The notes below the pieces were generated by a model. It was not told the DNA's origin, searched no databases, and saw only the letters and a list, made by a program, of their open reading frames with translations. From contig RDEW01000047.1 in NCBI GenBank assembly GCA_011109175.1, forward strand, positions 364,240-428,239: DNA of 64,000 nt, in the 5' to 3' direction. This DNA comes from Dicyema japonicum (taxonomy: Eukaryota; Animalia; Dicyemida). Below, in pieces: positions 47,571 to 61,400 of the stretch; the stretch's first letter is position 1, and each line of letters begins with the position of its first letter. The position numbers and the translations under genes were made by a program.

Positions 47571-48190
47571 ATGAACTCCGAACCACTTTTCAAAGTTTTG
47601 CCCAGTTATGGATCAGTAGAATGCCAGAAATTCAATAAAAGTAAAATCGTTGGCAGATGCCCTTGTTTTTCGTGCAAAAGTTTTTTCCACAGAGAATTGA
47701 AAAGAATAAGCACAAAGTACGAAACCCCGACATCATCTTATTCGTCGCAAAAAAAATCAAGTGCAGAATCACTTGGCATAAAACCACCTCAAAATTCGAA
47801 AAAAATAGGTGGAGGCTTTGGGCCTTTTTTATTGGCTCTGACAATTATTACAGGTGGAGTTTGTGATCATTGGTAGGAATTATGTCTCTTGGGTTTGGTG
47901 GGTTCTTTCTGTCCAAGCGAAGTATTCATTGCAAAGAGGCGCGCATCGAATCCCCTTCCCTTGATTTGAACAAAGATTTGCATTTTATACAAACACGTGG
48001 AAACTGGGTTGAATATAGATCTGAGGACAATCAAATATATTTTGTTGGGAAGTCAATTAGTGATGTGGGGGAAAATGGAGATGGAAACTATGTAATCCCC
48101 TCAGGTGATAACGGGGTGGAAATACGCATTATAAAATCGGACAACCAAGAGGATCAGATAATTAAAGATGGGTTATTTTACTGCATTTAA
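47571..48190 (+). CDS. Hypothetical single-pass membrane protein, one 23-nt intron (47854-47876)
   Basis: ORFs 47559-47876 and 47870-48190 join in frame through a GT-AG micro-intron, giving a hydrophobic segment FGPFLLALTIITGIMSLGFGGFFL followed by SKR; AT-rich tract upstream. Confidence 0.55.
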
Positions 48191-49469
48191 CTTTAAAATT
48201 TCTGTTTCATTATTGGCATAAACAGTTTTATTTTTTCTTTCTTTTTCGTTAGTTTTATGTAAGTTTGTGTTTTCATGTGTTGAGTTCCGCAGGCCGCCAC
48301 AATTGCCAGGATGGCATCATATTCGCTCCCCTACAAGGTCATTTTTGGAAAAGTTCCCACGACTGTGTTATCGGTCCAGAAGACTTTGTCCGGATAGCTT
48401 AGGTGATTCCAGAACTCGTCTCCAGAGAGCGAAATTGTCTCCTGGTTGAATGAATAGATAGATCCTTTTGAATGCAAGCCAGGCATTGGGATTCTCTTGA
48501 GTAAGGTGGATCCAATAACGCCATCAAAGGGAAGAAAGAGAAACCTTCAATCATGCAGCCACATGGCTCCACATGGGGCTAAAATGAAAATATCGAGCAA
48601 CAAGGAATGTTTTATGGACTTAATAAATAATAAACAAATAATTANGAGCGAAATTGTCTCCTGGTTGAATGAATAGATAGATCTTTTTGAATGCAAGCCA
48701 GGCATTGGGATTCTCTTGAATAAGGTGGATCCAATAACGCCATCAAAGGGAAGAAAGAGAAACCTTCAATCATGCAGCCACATGGCTCCACATGGGGATA
48801 AAATGAAAATATCGAGCAACAAGGAATGTTTTATGGACTAAATAAATAATAAACAAATAATTAACTGAAAATCTGAACTTAGAAGTGTTATCCTTTGCTT
48901 TAAACAGATATTATTGCCAACTACCAGTCTTGTCCTAATTCTTTCAATTTGTGGGGCTGAAAAATCCAAACTTGAATTATTACTGTATTCGACGATTCCT
49001 TATTTTAAAAATTCAATTTTCAAATGTCTCCTTAATCGGTCATTTTGACCATAAATAGATAAGAAAAGAAGACTTTTTATTTCCATGAAGTGATGTGAAC
49101 ATTTGGTGTAGTACAAGTGCATCTCCAACTCAGCTTTCAGATCTCTGTTTGTTGATTATTGCTGAGAAGTTAATATGACTGAACATACTAGCAGATATTG
49201 GGTTTTTTCACCAGATCTTCATTCTATTGGATATCACTTGAGAATTCACCATTCACTCTCATTTGCGAGGATGGCTAACCTCATTATTTTCCTGAAGACT
49301 TAGAAGTACTCTCTTGTCATTATCAAATTTTCACTCATGTTAACTGCCAAATGTTTTGTCCATAGTTCAGTGGTCTTCACCTTGTTCAATTTTCATCGCA
49401 ATCATTTGGACCACTCACCATGAAGTTAGCTATCCCCTTTTTTGAATAGATTCTTCTGTAACTTGGGTA

Positions 49470-49663
49470 CCTCGCTCTCCCCACCTCACTTGATAAATTC
49501 TCACAACTGCAAGGAATGAACTTCTGCCACCTTTTATGCTGGTTCTGGAAGTATTTGTGTGACATCGGAAAGACTCTGTTTCTGTGGCAGCGGGAACTGG
49601 ATACACTTAATTATTTGTTAACCGTTAACTTCTTTCCCGGTGTATCCGTGGTAATAATAATAA
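49470..49663 (+). mobile_element. Diverged 3' part of the bipartite short element
   Basis: cacaactgca..ccttttatgct..gactctgtttctgt..actggatacacttaatt..ggtgtatcc..gtaataataataa. Confidence 0.75.
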
Positions 49664-50091
49664 CACCACCAATCTAACTGTTAACTAAAGTACAGCACTA
49701 TAAGAGATCTATTGGAAGGATGTTATGATTAAAACTGATAACAAACAAGTTGAACACTTGAATTTCATTATTGATTTCATATTCTTAAGTGATTTTAAAT
49801 CAAAGAAATACGCGGCCTTTGGGGATTGTTTATACTTCGTCCCAATCGCCTTTGAAACATGGAATGATTGGGACAAAGTAAAAGAGTAGTCAATTCAATC
49901 GGAAATGCGGTTGCTTTATAATTCAGAAACCCTCCCGAACGGAGATAGTTTTAACACCACCTTTTAATGGCCATCGTCCACCGCGATCCCTACTGTCCCT
50001 TACCAGGTGTAGCATGCCTTGTTGCTAATGTATTTGCCTCAGTTTATGTATCTAATGTAGCTATAAATTTGAGCTAATCTCACTGCTTCCT

Positions 50092-50195
50092 TATTCGAAT
50101 CTCATTGCTGTCTATTTTGACTGAAGGTTCCACGCATTTATTATTCTCTCTGACCTAATAAGTGATTCCGTTTAGTAATGCATCAGTGCGAAACC
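50092..50195 (+). mobile_element. SINE family A fragment
   Basis: ttcgaatctcattgctgtcta..gactgaaggttccacgcat matches 63896-63938. Confidence 0.65.
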
Positions 50196-50505
50196 GCCCT
50201 ATTTAATACAGAATTAGCAATTAACAAAAAACAGCCCAATTGGTTAAGACGCTGATACCTATTCTTTAATTCATACCAAGATCTCCTTTACCTATTTTTT
50301 TCGTCCCATCTCATCTTTTTTGAAGACTGCAGAAGAGCAGACGCACTTACTATATAGACAATCCCTAAGCCATTTGCACACGTAAAAAGGGGGAAAAAGG
50401 TCCCACACGAAAGGCTGCTAGCCAATTTTTCAACAATAGAAAACCAATCGTAAAAAAGAAAACTAAAGAAAATTATCAATTAATAGAAAATCATCAAAAG
50501 CAGTG

Positions 50506-51142
50506 TCACCAATCACACTCGACCAGGGCCCTAGCAAAGACATAGTCTCTTCCATTAAGAGTCATCACTCCGTCCTTTAGATTTGCCTTCCACCTGTTCT
50601 TAGTTCGAATGACTTTCTCATACTGGCAAATTATCACATTATCTGAGTCAAATTTGTCGGGCTGTTCATCGCTCACATCATCATCCGAATTCAATGCTTC
50701 CTCACTCGCATCCTTCTGATCGGTGGGTCCGTCGTCAGTATTCAGATCCTCCAAATAAGCGAACCTGGACTCGTCTTCTTCATCTTCGTCTTCCTCGCTT
50801 GCTTCATTCCCCCACTCATCGTCTTGAGATCCGTCCATATAGTTCTTCAAAAGCACCAGCGGGGGTCCCTTTTCGATGATTGACTGTAAGTTGCTGTGAG
50901 TGACGCTGCTCTCAAGTCTAACACAACTGGATGTCTTTTTGGTCAATTTAGGTCCCTGTTTAAGTTTTTCCTTCCATTTCTATCCTAAGAATTGAAGGTA
51001 ACCTCAGAGAGAAGTGTGAGCACCTGACTGTCAACTCCTTCGTTAGAAAACAGACCATCCAATGAGCTTATGACATCCTCTATTACATATTCATTGAATT
51101 GTGACTAGAAATATTATTTTCTAATACAGAAGAAATAGACAT
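50506..51142 (-). CDS. GTF2A1: Transcription initiation factor IIA large subunit (alpha/beta precursor), two 23-nt introns
   Basis: N-terminus YVIEDVISS..FSNEGVDSQVL..L..KWKEKL; C-terminus LNSDDDVSDE..FDSDNVIICQYEKV.RTKNRWK..LKDGVMTLNGRDYVF..A..ECDW. Confidence 0.93.
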
Positions 51143-51259
51143 AACAAAGCAAATTATTTCTTAAACAATTTATTATATAAATAATATATTTTAACAAAAT
51201 ATAATAATAAGAATTAACCAATCGAAATATGTCCTGATAATTTCATCACATAATTGTTT

Positions 51260-51765
51260 TAAGTTTCTGTTTGTTCGTCTGTTCCTCCTCTCTCTTCCTA
51301 TTAGAGTGGCGGTATCTGATCCACCTGTCTAGGTGACGCCCAGTGCCAGACCAGCACGAAAAAAGATCAGTTTGTGGATGAACGTTAACATTAGATTTGA
51401 AGGTCGTGGGTTCGAATCCGAAAGATGGAGTTTTCAGCTAAGGTCAATTTTTGTCAAACAGACCCACTCGTGAGGCGACGAGTCCTTCTGACACGACACA
51501 GTAGTTAAAAGGGATTTTCCTACCTTTCTCCTTGACCAAATCCTCTGATGAAGATTGGATTATGAAAAATATTCCGCTGTTCNGATCATTTGCTCCCCCC
51601 ACTCCACTGGAGAAGTTTCCACAACTGCAAGTATGGACGTCTTTTACCCTTTATCTCGATTCCGGATGGACTCTGTTTCTGTAAAGGTGGAAACTGGATA
51701 CACTTATTAGTTTTTTACTTTAACTTCTTTCTCGGTGTATCTGGGGTTAATAAATAAATAAAAAC
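51260..51765 (+). mobile_element. Second full copy of the bipartite short element, interrupted at about 51375-51583 by a tRNA-like SINE segment
   Basis: 51260-51374 and 51584-51765 align end to end with 8553-8845. Confidence 0.8.
51375..51582 (+). mobile_element. tRNA-derived SINE-like segment (family B)
   Basis: B-box context aggtcgtgggttcgaatcc; A box degenerate; no complete cloverleaf. Confidence 0.45.
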
Positions 51766-52059
51766 AAGTCAAAATATTAAAAAATTCTTAAATTCGTAAT
51801 GACATGTGGTGCCATGAAATTAAATTAAAAATTGTGACTATTTAAAATTTGGCAAATTAGTAAAGAGAATAGGATTTTTTTCCTAGAAAAATTTTCAAAA
51901 TGTGGTCGATTTGCGAGAGTCGAGTGTAATTTTAAATTGTTGNNNNNNNNNNNNNNNNNNNNNNNNNNNNNNNNNNNNNNNNNNNNNNNNNNNNNNNNNN
52001 NNNNNNNNNNNNNNNNNNNNNNNNNNNNNNNNNNNNNNNNNNNNTGGGGTTAAAAATAA

Positions 52060-54640
52060 AAATAATAATATAGTCTGTCAAAACTCTTTCTACCTCAGGC
52101 AAGAGATTGGGTAGACGGTCATTAAAGGAGAACCACGTCATTATCTTTTTCAGCATATTTAAATAGATTCTAGGAGGGATTTTTAACGTGACATGTGCTT
52201 CTCACCTCATGTTGAAAGTGTGAGGACTAAATACGAAAAGAAGATCAAAGAAATAAAATGTCTCTTTGAATTATGGAAGATCGGAATCGCCGTATTCTAG
52301 AAACTATCTACAAGCAGTAAATCGGACAATTCTTCCAACCATTAATATTCCTCATAAATTCCATTAAGATCGAAGCTGCCAAAAAAGGACATTTAAAGTG
52401 CGGAGTGATTGACTTCTTGAAAAGACTTTTCAACAATGTTTCTGAAATCTCTAATTCGCATGAACTGAGGGGCGTACCTCTTCAACTATGAGCATCTGGT
52501 TCTATGCTTGATGTTGGTTTTTTAAAGTGCGGATCGATTGACTTCTTGAAAAGACTTTTCAACAATGTTTCTGAAATTTCTAATTCGCATGAACTGAGGG
52601 GCGTACCTCTTCAACTATGAGCATCTGGTTCTATGCTTGATGTTGGTTTGTGTAGGCTCAAGGGAGAAGGTTGGATCAAGATGGGATCATTTAAACCGTT
52701 AAAACTGGCTACACTTCAACGAAATGCCCACCCATATCAGCGAAGATATACTTTTTCTTGCATCATCGCATCAAGAGACCAATGTCTTCACATAAATGTT
52801 GCTTACAAGATTTATTAGACCACCTTAGAAGTTGGTTTAAAAGAACTTATTATATACAAAAACTGAAAGTAATGGACAATGATATTTACATCAAATATAA
52901 TAATTTATTCCACAAACTCTGTCAAGTCATTGGGAGTTGAGGAAAGAGAAATCCTTTTCGGATCCCGGCTGGGCAATGTGCATCACCTGAGTAATGTGAA
53001 TACAAAAACGTTTTCTATTAATCGAAAAATGAACGGAGCAAAATAACGACCAGGCAGTGCATACGAGGGATTTGAATCTGCAGCTTGACTCTTGAGACAC
53101 TACAACCGCCAAACTACCTGGTCATTTTATTTTAACGAGTTTTTTTATGACCTTCCTTCTGATCACAACTAAATATTATTGACTTTGAATTTCAAAAATG
53201 AGCGGTGTTTTTCTGACTTTGAATTTAAAAATTTCATTTTGATTTAATCCCCAATTAAGCACTTCAACAAATGCATACTTACAGCAGACCGCAAATAGGT
53301 TCCCAAGGGCTTCATCCCTGGGGAAAAACAACTCTTCACCATAGAGATCAACGATCTTATACAAAAAGAGGCGCGCCATAAAAAGGAGTGGCGTCCGGGA
53401 CACCATTTCAGTCTGCAGACTACCCAGCATAAACCGGATGATTTTTGACCACATCCTCCAAGACAAAAGGTTGAGGTGGAAGGAATTTGTCTCACGTCAG
53501 GACCATCGGACCAAGCCAACCAAGTTCTGGAACTCACTGAAATACATTTCGTTTGGACAGACGCTACATACAAATTCCAAGAATCTTGAACAATCATTTC
53601 TAGAACATCAAACGACCTAATAGCCCATTAAAGCAATATTTGTTAGATCAAAATGGATAAATCAAGTCGTGTCCACAAACTTAATCCTCCTTCGTCGGCG
53701 AGTATTTCCCTATTCAAAATAGACTCGTTGGATATACGTGCTTTGATAATGAATGCGACTAACTTCCCCACAAAAGGGTCAGACGGATATGCACATATCA
53801 TCTAAAAGATCATGGGGCAAATTGACTGTGGGCTCTTACGGACATCTATAAAGCGTCCTTGAATTCTGGATTTGTGGTTATGCTCTGGAAACAATCAACA
53901 ATAATCCCGACTCTCAAACCTAACATGGACTCGCATGACGCAGGATCCTTTCGACAAATTTCTATTTTCTGTACTCAATCAAACCCCTCGAGAGATATAT
54001 TCTCAGCTGCATGTTCCCTACCTAAACTTGTCCTACTCTCAGCACGGCTTCCTCGTCAAGCATTCGACCTCAACTCAATTAACCAGGTTAACAGACTATA
54101 TTGCGGATGGATTACCAATCATAAACCGACACTCCGCACTGTCCTAGCTTCCATTTATATTTCCAAGGCCTTCGACAGGACCACCTGACACGTTGTTTCC
54201 AACAAGATTACCAAGACGAGTATTCCTCCATTCATTCAAAAATGGATGAAGTCAATCCTCTATGGCAGACTGGACATCTAAACGGAATCCCAAATGGCAC
54301 TGCCCTCTCTTCTGCGTTTTTCAGCCTCCGCCTTAGTGGCTCGCCGAGCTTGAAGATACACTGGTCCTGTCATGCAACTTGACTCTCGCGGCTCGGGATG
54401 AAAAATTACTTTCGTTTCTGACCGCCTCTAAACATATTTGGAATCTCTAGAGTACTGGCTATTAACCAACCACCTCTCCCCTTCCCCCTCCAAGCCCAAC
54501 GTCGCATTATTCACCTCCGACCGACATCTGATAATACAAAACCAGAGCTTAATCAAACACCCGAAAATCCTTGGATGTACAACCAATACCTCACAAGTGG
54601 ACCACGTACTCACAAAAGCAAATAAGAAAAGGATATAACA
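52060..54640 (+). mobile_element. Decayed Ingi-like LINE fragments (RT C-terminus 52060-52650; APE-RT 52930-54640)
   Basis: LWKQSTIIPTLKP..SFRQISI, QHGF..KHSTSTQL, RTVLASIYISKAFD, LEYWLLTNHL, PKILG. Confidence 0.75.
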
Positions 54641-54649
54641 CAATTACTT

Positions 54650-55400
54650 AATTCTTGAATAATATCCAATTTCATAGTAATATGGCATCCTTCTTCGTTC
54701 TTGTCATATTTTTAATATTTTGGGATAATTGGTCAGCAATATAAAGAAATTGTTCGTATTCATGAACTTTCTAATGTTGGTTCTTTCCTGACATTATGAT
54801 CTTTTGATACTTCTGTTGTTTGCTTAACAATTCAAGCATCTTTCAATATTTTTGCAAAAAACGTGCAATATGACGGAAAAGCTGGCAACGAAAACATTGA
54901 ATTTCTGGATTTCTAAGCCATTCCGCCGTAACTTTTGAGAAACCAATTTTAAAACCAATTCTAATTAAAGACTGGGCTTCTCCACGGTTTCTATTATTAG
55001 TTTTGCCATAGGTATCTCTCCGCGTTTGTCGAATCTTCTAAGCGTGAAATTTGAAGAAATAATAGTTCATAGGTATTCACTTAGATCCTCAAGTTCTACC
55101 CCGGTTGGAAGATTTTTTAATACAATTTCCGAGTTTGGCAACCTAATTTGAGGATGTTTGTGTCAATTATCCCCAAAAGGCAACTTTTAATTAAGATCCA
55201 TTTAAATAAAATGGCATCTTCTAGGTTCTTAACTGAAAACAAAGTCCCCTAAAATATCGAGTCATCCTGGCCTAAGCCAGAGATTATATTTGCGATTCTG
55301 AGACTTCCAATATTTTTATTTGTGACAGTAAGCTCTACTGAAATGTTTCGATTACTGTTAATTGAATTTTTCATCATCCAAGAAATCATAGTAACAACTG
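54650..55400 (-). mobile_element. Gag-like ORF1 fragment of a Jockey/I-like LINE
   Basis: Minus strand EIVLKNLP... and QCFRCQLFRHIARF(C)...RCLNC zinc knuckles. Confidence 0.6.
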
Positions 55401-55805
55401 AGTAGTTCTATCGAAATTTTTGAATAAGTGTTTAAGGTTGTTTTTTTTCAAAAAAAGACACCAGAAGCAACACTGAGGGCATTAGGTTTTCACATAGCCT
55501 TCAAGATGAAATGGTCCACATTGGACGAGAAAGAAAGGAATTAGTAATAGCCATTTTTATCAGTAGCTTGAGTACGAGTCTTTCTAAAATTTTGGAGGTG
55601 ATACAAATTAATTTTTTATGTTATGTTGATAAACTTCCCATTAGATTGATTAAAATCAGTTGAAGGTTCATGGTTAGGAAAACACCAAAATATAACAGTG
55701 GCCTGTGCGTAGGTGGTGGGCCATGTGATATATTTCAAACATAAAAATACGATTTCTATAATGAAACAAGTAAATACATAAAAAAATTTATTAGATTCAA
55801 AAAAT

Positions 55806-56829
55806 TTAAGCCGAAGCATAATCACATAAATTCACAAAAATGGAAGCAGCTGAAACCTTACTGAGAGTTTGCGCTTCGTTGAGTCCGTGGTACCACTCCA
55901 CGGTTCCCCATTTATCATTCTACTGTAAATACACAATTTACTTGAAAAGACACTTCCAATCTAGCAAGTCTCGTCGCCTCCTTCGGAGTTAACACACCCT
56001 CTGACAACAGAACACCTAGGATTACAGATTTTAGTTGTTCTGTGGCATAGAGAAGTCCTGAAATGAGATATACTGACAAACCAGTAAGTTTACCAAGCGA
56101 ATAAGAGCTCAATAAATTTTAGTTGTTCTGTGGCATAGAGAAGTCCTGAAATGAGATATACTGACAAACCAGTAAGTTTACCAAGCGAATAAGAGCTCAA
56201 TAAATAGAATATCCTATCCTTGTCCAGTTTATTTATCTCCACACAGTCAATGTTGGTCGTGTATTCGAGATTGACGTTAATTCTGTGATTGAAGTTGATG
56301 AACCTCACCTTTCGTTGAAAGTACGAATAACAGGAAGCCACTTTTTGGTCTGCATTTCCATCAAATCTTCGTTCCGTCCTTCAAAAAAGCTGGAGTTTAC
56401 AAACTAAGTCTAACCAGATGGAATCGGTCTGTAAGTAACTGACCAAATCATCTACGATCGATTCCTTGCTTCTGGTGCAGTCAATAAAAATCTCACACAA
56501 CGTGGTCTTGGCGTTTGAATAAAATTTCAACCAGAAACATAATTTTCTTATCAATCACTTTCGGCTGAGCCAAATATTCTGAGCACACTGAAAGAGCTAG
56601 ACTTTGATTCGATAGAGTGAACAAATTCCCATTTGTAGTCCTTAACTTCCTTTGGTCGAGGTATACTTGGAAAAATCCTACAAATGAATGTTAGAAATAC
56701 CGTCTTCCCGCTTGATGTATGCTTCCTTGAAGAATTTCTGGATGTCTAATAATGCTATGACTGATATTTACCTCGTTTGAAAACACTCAGCCATCTAAGG
56801 AAGGTATCACTTTTAATCAACTTTAGCAT
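55806..56829 (-). CDS. ATPAF2: Mitochondrial F1-ATPase assembly factor 2 (ATP12), micro-introns; short artefactual duplication near 56025-56200
   Basis: QKFFKEAYI..GFFQVYLDQRKLRT.NG..FTL....LALSVCSEY..Q; YATEQLKSVIL; EATRLARLE..FQ..KWGTVEWYH. Confidence 0.88.
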
Positions 56830-56899
56830 CCACTAACAAAGTATTTGATTATTAATTATTTTATAAAATTTAAATTAATAATTATTAGTACTTGGAATT

Positions 56900-57445
56900 T
56901 AGTCGTCAACAGTCTTATCAACAAAAATGCTAGAAAGATGTAACCGTCACCCACACCTCAATCAGGTGTGTGACTGGCTATATGCGAATTTGTTGTCTGT
57001 AACTGCNTATTAATTATTTTATAAAATTTAAATTAATAATTATTAGTACTTGGAATTTAGTCGTCAACAGTCTTATCAACGAAAATGGTAGAAGGGTGTA
57101 ACCGTCACCCACACCTCAATCAGGTGTGCGACTGGCCACCCGCGAATGTGTTGTTTGTAACTGCATCCAAGTTTCAGTTCACCCAATTCAGACTGAAGAT
57201 TTAAAGGTAGACTCGAGGTAGTCTTTGGAAACATTCCTATTCCTCCTATATGAATCTAAAAATTTTTGAAGTAACATTCGACCTAATGAAGTTTTCCAGT
57301 CACTTAGAGGAGGTGTTAATTAAAGGGCTTCGAAAGTAAAGCGTCCTTAATGTTATCATAAAGAAGAGCCCCTTCACTCCTGCAGCTTATATCAGAAACT
57401 ACCTTCAAGTTATTGTGGCGACAGTTGAATATCCCTGTTCTGTAG
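56900..57445 (+). mobile_element. Ingi-like LINE RT C-terminal fragment (related to 13070-13460)
   Basis: HLNQVCDW..AN, GNIPIP, FSSHLEEVLIKGLRK. Confidence 0.7.
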
Positions 57446-58459
57446 ATAGAGAGGACAGTATAAATAATCTTTCGATTACCACACACGTGTAAATATAACT
57501 ATATGTTTGTACGTTCTATAATAATAAGAATTTTTGATGATGAGGAGGGTAGTGGTCGGTTGTAGTACCTAATGGTGAGTGTCGCTATCGTAACCGCATA
57601 AATTTTTTAAGACAAAGTCGGTGGTGGCACCAGATGTAAGGTACCAGCGATTGTGGAAATCGGGTTTGTACGTTCTATAATAATAAGAATTTTTGAAGAT
57701 GAGGAGGGTAGTGGTCGGTTGTAGTAGCTAATCGTGAGTGTCGCTATCGTGACCGCATAAATTTTTTAAGACAAAGTCGGTGGTGGCACCAGATGTAAGG
57801 TACCAGCTATTGTGGAAATTGGGATAAACTAAATTTTTACTTTTTCTTATATCTCAGTGTTTCCAAGAGATAACAAATCGTATTTATTTTGGTGACTTAC
57901 TGTCTAATGAAATCGCTCTATTAAATGATTCACCCCCTTCATTTGTGTGATCTAATACTTAAAGTGCTCAAGAAGGTTTCATTTGAAAGAATTCATATAT
58001 GAATCTAATCATCTGGTTGAGCGGCCGACTCAAATTGATGNNNNNNNNNNNNNNNNNNNNNNNNNNNNNNNNNNNNNNNNNNNNNNNNNNNNNNNNNNNN
58101 NNNNATTGTTACTTTTTCTTATATCTCAGTGTTTCCAAGGGATAACAAATCGTATTTATTTTGGTGACTTACTGTCTAATGAAATCGCTCTATTAAATGA
58201 TTCACCCCCTTCATTTGTGTGATCTAATACTTAAAGTGCTCAAGAAGGTTTCATTTGAAAGAATTCCTATATGAATCTAATCATCTGGTTGAGCGGCCGA
58301 CTCAAATTGATGCAGAAATGTGATTAGCTTTAATGAATGGAAAGAAGATAGTCTCGTGGATTGTTGGTAACTCTCCTTTTAAGAGGAGAATGGTCTCTGA
58401 ATGTAACTACATCGAATTTGGCAGATCTTCTCATGAGAAATTAAAGCTACGGTTGATCT

Positions 58460-61400
58460 TAGAATGGTTCAAAAGTAAACAAAAAAGGATCTAAAAAATC
58501 TGCAGTGAAAGCCACAACAATGAAAGCCAGTATCTCTTCTCGTCCTCCGGAAAGTGCTACAGCTGAGTCATTCTCGTTGAATAACAAGACGCCGCATAAG
58601 GCAGAACCTGTTAAACCAGAGAATGTTCTTACAAAACACAAGCCCACGGAAGTGTCCAAACTTACGGATGAACCAATGAAAGCTGATTCTTTAGAGAACA
58701 AGACTATATTAATCACAGTGGATTCTACTATGAATGCGATATAGATTTCAAACGTTTTACAACACTATGACCAATACGGATCTAGGAAAATGAGCCACAG
58801 AGGACTGGGCTCATTCCGACTGGATTTCCATAACAACTTCCACGTGACCACCTAAATGGAGGCTGTGAATGAGACCTGTCCCTTTGGTCATGACAATCAC
58901 CGTTTCAAGACAATCTCAAAAAAACCGTCTGAGATTGTCCTCAGGAACCTTTCTTTCTGGGTGAAAGAGACTACCTCCAGGAGATGGCTCTCTCAGTCAC
59001 GAAGGTTACCCGAATGACCAGAGGATCGCAGGCCATGCCAATGGTGAAGGCCTCGATCAATAGTAAATCGGAGGCCACATCACTAATACGCTGTGGCTCT
59101 ACATCGGAACGAACAAGATCTCTTGTGAGTGAATGAGAAGAGGACCGCCGATCTGCTACAACTGTCAGCAAGTGGGTCACTTTGCATACCAGTGCACGGG
59201 AAAGAAGAAATGCTTCCGTTGCGCGGGAGAGCATGACACTCTCAGGTGCAATGTGGATCCGGGTCTTGAACCTAAGTGTGTTAACTGCGGATCAACAAGA
59301 TATGGAGGATGCCCTGTGCTCATGGAGGCCAGGCAAAAGTTAAATCCTCGAATCAACGATACGGAACCAAAACAGATGAATGTTATAACCAACAAAGTGG
59401 AACCGCCAGCCCAAAAAAGAATAATTGGCCCAAGGACTAACAAGAATTAAGCTGCTCCTCTTGCACGAGAGTCGGCCTGGCTACCCAGGGAAAAGTTATC
59501 AGGGAGAACTAAAAAAGAACTGGAGTAAATAATATCGAAACTGAAGGAACTAAGCGGCATACTCGGGATGGATTTACGAAGAATGGTGGACCTGACCATG
59601 GAGAGCAAGAACCACCAACAAGAAAGTTGAAAAGAAACCTGAAGATAGTGCTGGTGAACTCCCGATCCCTGAGGAAGAAGCGTCATGATTTGGCACTACT
59701 ATTGTCGTCTACCAAGATTGAAATCCTGGTGGTCAACGAGACCAAGGTGAAAAAGATCAACATCGCAATACTACAGCGATATAATTCTATAGAAATACCA
59801 CGGACCGAAGGTGCAGAAGCTGGTACCACATTGTTCTACAGTGATGTTCTACAGATACGTGAGCCAAAAGTTATTATGAATACACATTGTGAATTTGTTT
59901 CCGTCGAGGTGAAATGCTGTGGCCGTTGGATACACGTTGGAGGAATGCATTTAAAGGACCTCAGAAACTGCTTCACAGAAATTGAAGAATTCTTCATAAG
60001 AAACGATATGTCTGTCTTAGTGGGAGATCTAAATGCCAAGAACATTAAATATCGATGCCTCGGAACCAACGAGGATGGAATCAGGCTAAGAAAATTGAGT
60101 AATAAGACTGGCGTCGAGATTTTGACGTCGGAGAAGCCGCACCACGGTGGAGACATGCTTGGGGTGTTCCTGGTCACCACTGCTCTACACTTATGTGGAG
60201 AGACCGATGATCATGTGGGACATCGGGAGCGACCACATCCCCCAAGAGATGTCACTGAATCTGACTTCGGACACTACGGAGTCAGTGTTTACAGGATACG
60301 ACCTATCAAGACTAAATTGGGAACACTATAGAAGATACATATCTAGAAACCTCAAAAACTGGAAGGAGGGACCTTATTCCCGAAATGATATTGACAACAT
60401 AGACAAAGACCTTTCCATTTTAAAGAAGAGATACTTACTACTTTATGCAAGGAGAAGACCCTCAAGGACCAATTATAGGAAGAGCATCAATCTCTCCCCT
60501 CTTACGTCATCTATGATTAATGAAAGAAACCGCCTGAGGAACAAACTCATAAGGTGTGTCGACTGGATGAACCGGATTGCATTGACCGGTCAACTGAAGA
60601 TAATCAAAAAAGCCATTGAAGAGGGAACAAAACTGTCTCAAGAAGAATGTTTGAGGGTCGAGGCAAGCAAACTAAACACCGAAGACCCCTCGTTCTGGAA
60701 ATTCTACAAAAGAAATAACTGGCCAAAAAAGGAATGACATGAAAATTTCTTCGACCAAGCCAGAAGGTAGATCATGTTCTATGGAAAAAGCACCAGATAT
60801 CTTTAAGAAGCAACTAGACCGCATTTAGGGGGTCAACCCGATAGAGCAGATCCCGAGGGAGAAGTTAGATGCTTCACAAGAAATTCTAGCCTACTCTTTG
60901 GACGATCTCATAGATACTGAAATGAAGATAACGACAGAGGACGTCATGATTGCCATCAAAACATGCAAAGCTAACGCCCTTGGACATGACCATATTAGCA
61001 TGAGATTGTTCAAAAAAGGCCCAGAGGATCTTCTCCTCGTACTGAAGAATTTATTCAACACGAGCATAGATTATGGCTACGTTCCCAAACGCTGGAAAAC
61101 CTCCATAGTCAGAATGATCTTGAAACCGGGAAAGTCGGGGAGGGACCCTCTCAGCTATAGGCAATCANGAATGATCATGAAACCGGGAAAGTCGGGGAGG
61201 GACCCTCTCAGCTATAGGCCAATCAGCCTCATCTGCTCTATTTCTAAGATTGTTGAGCGAATTATTTCAAGAGGCTAAACGACCACATAGAAGAGAGTGG
61301 TTTCCTCCTCGCAGAACAATGTGGCTTCAGACCTGGAAAATCCTGCACGGATTGCATCTACCAGATGCATTCGACGGTATTGAGAGGTCTGGAATTCAAG

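Noticed and set aside
51545-51570. Hammerhead-like ctgatga...gaaa (also 41939-41970 and 33192-33200)
   Set aside because: No convincing helix II with flanking helices I/III and cleavage triplet could be formed.
57181-57194. acccaattcagact resembles the 3' conserved region of human RNase P RNA
   Set aside because: It lies inside a LINE RT fragment alignable to 13180-13210, and no upstream CR-I partner is present.
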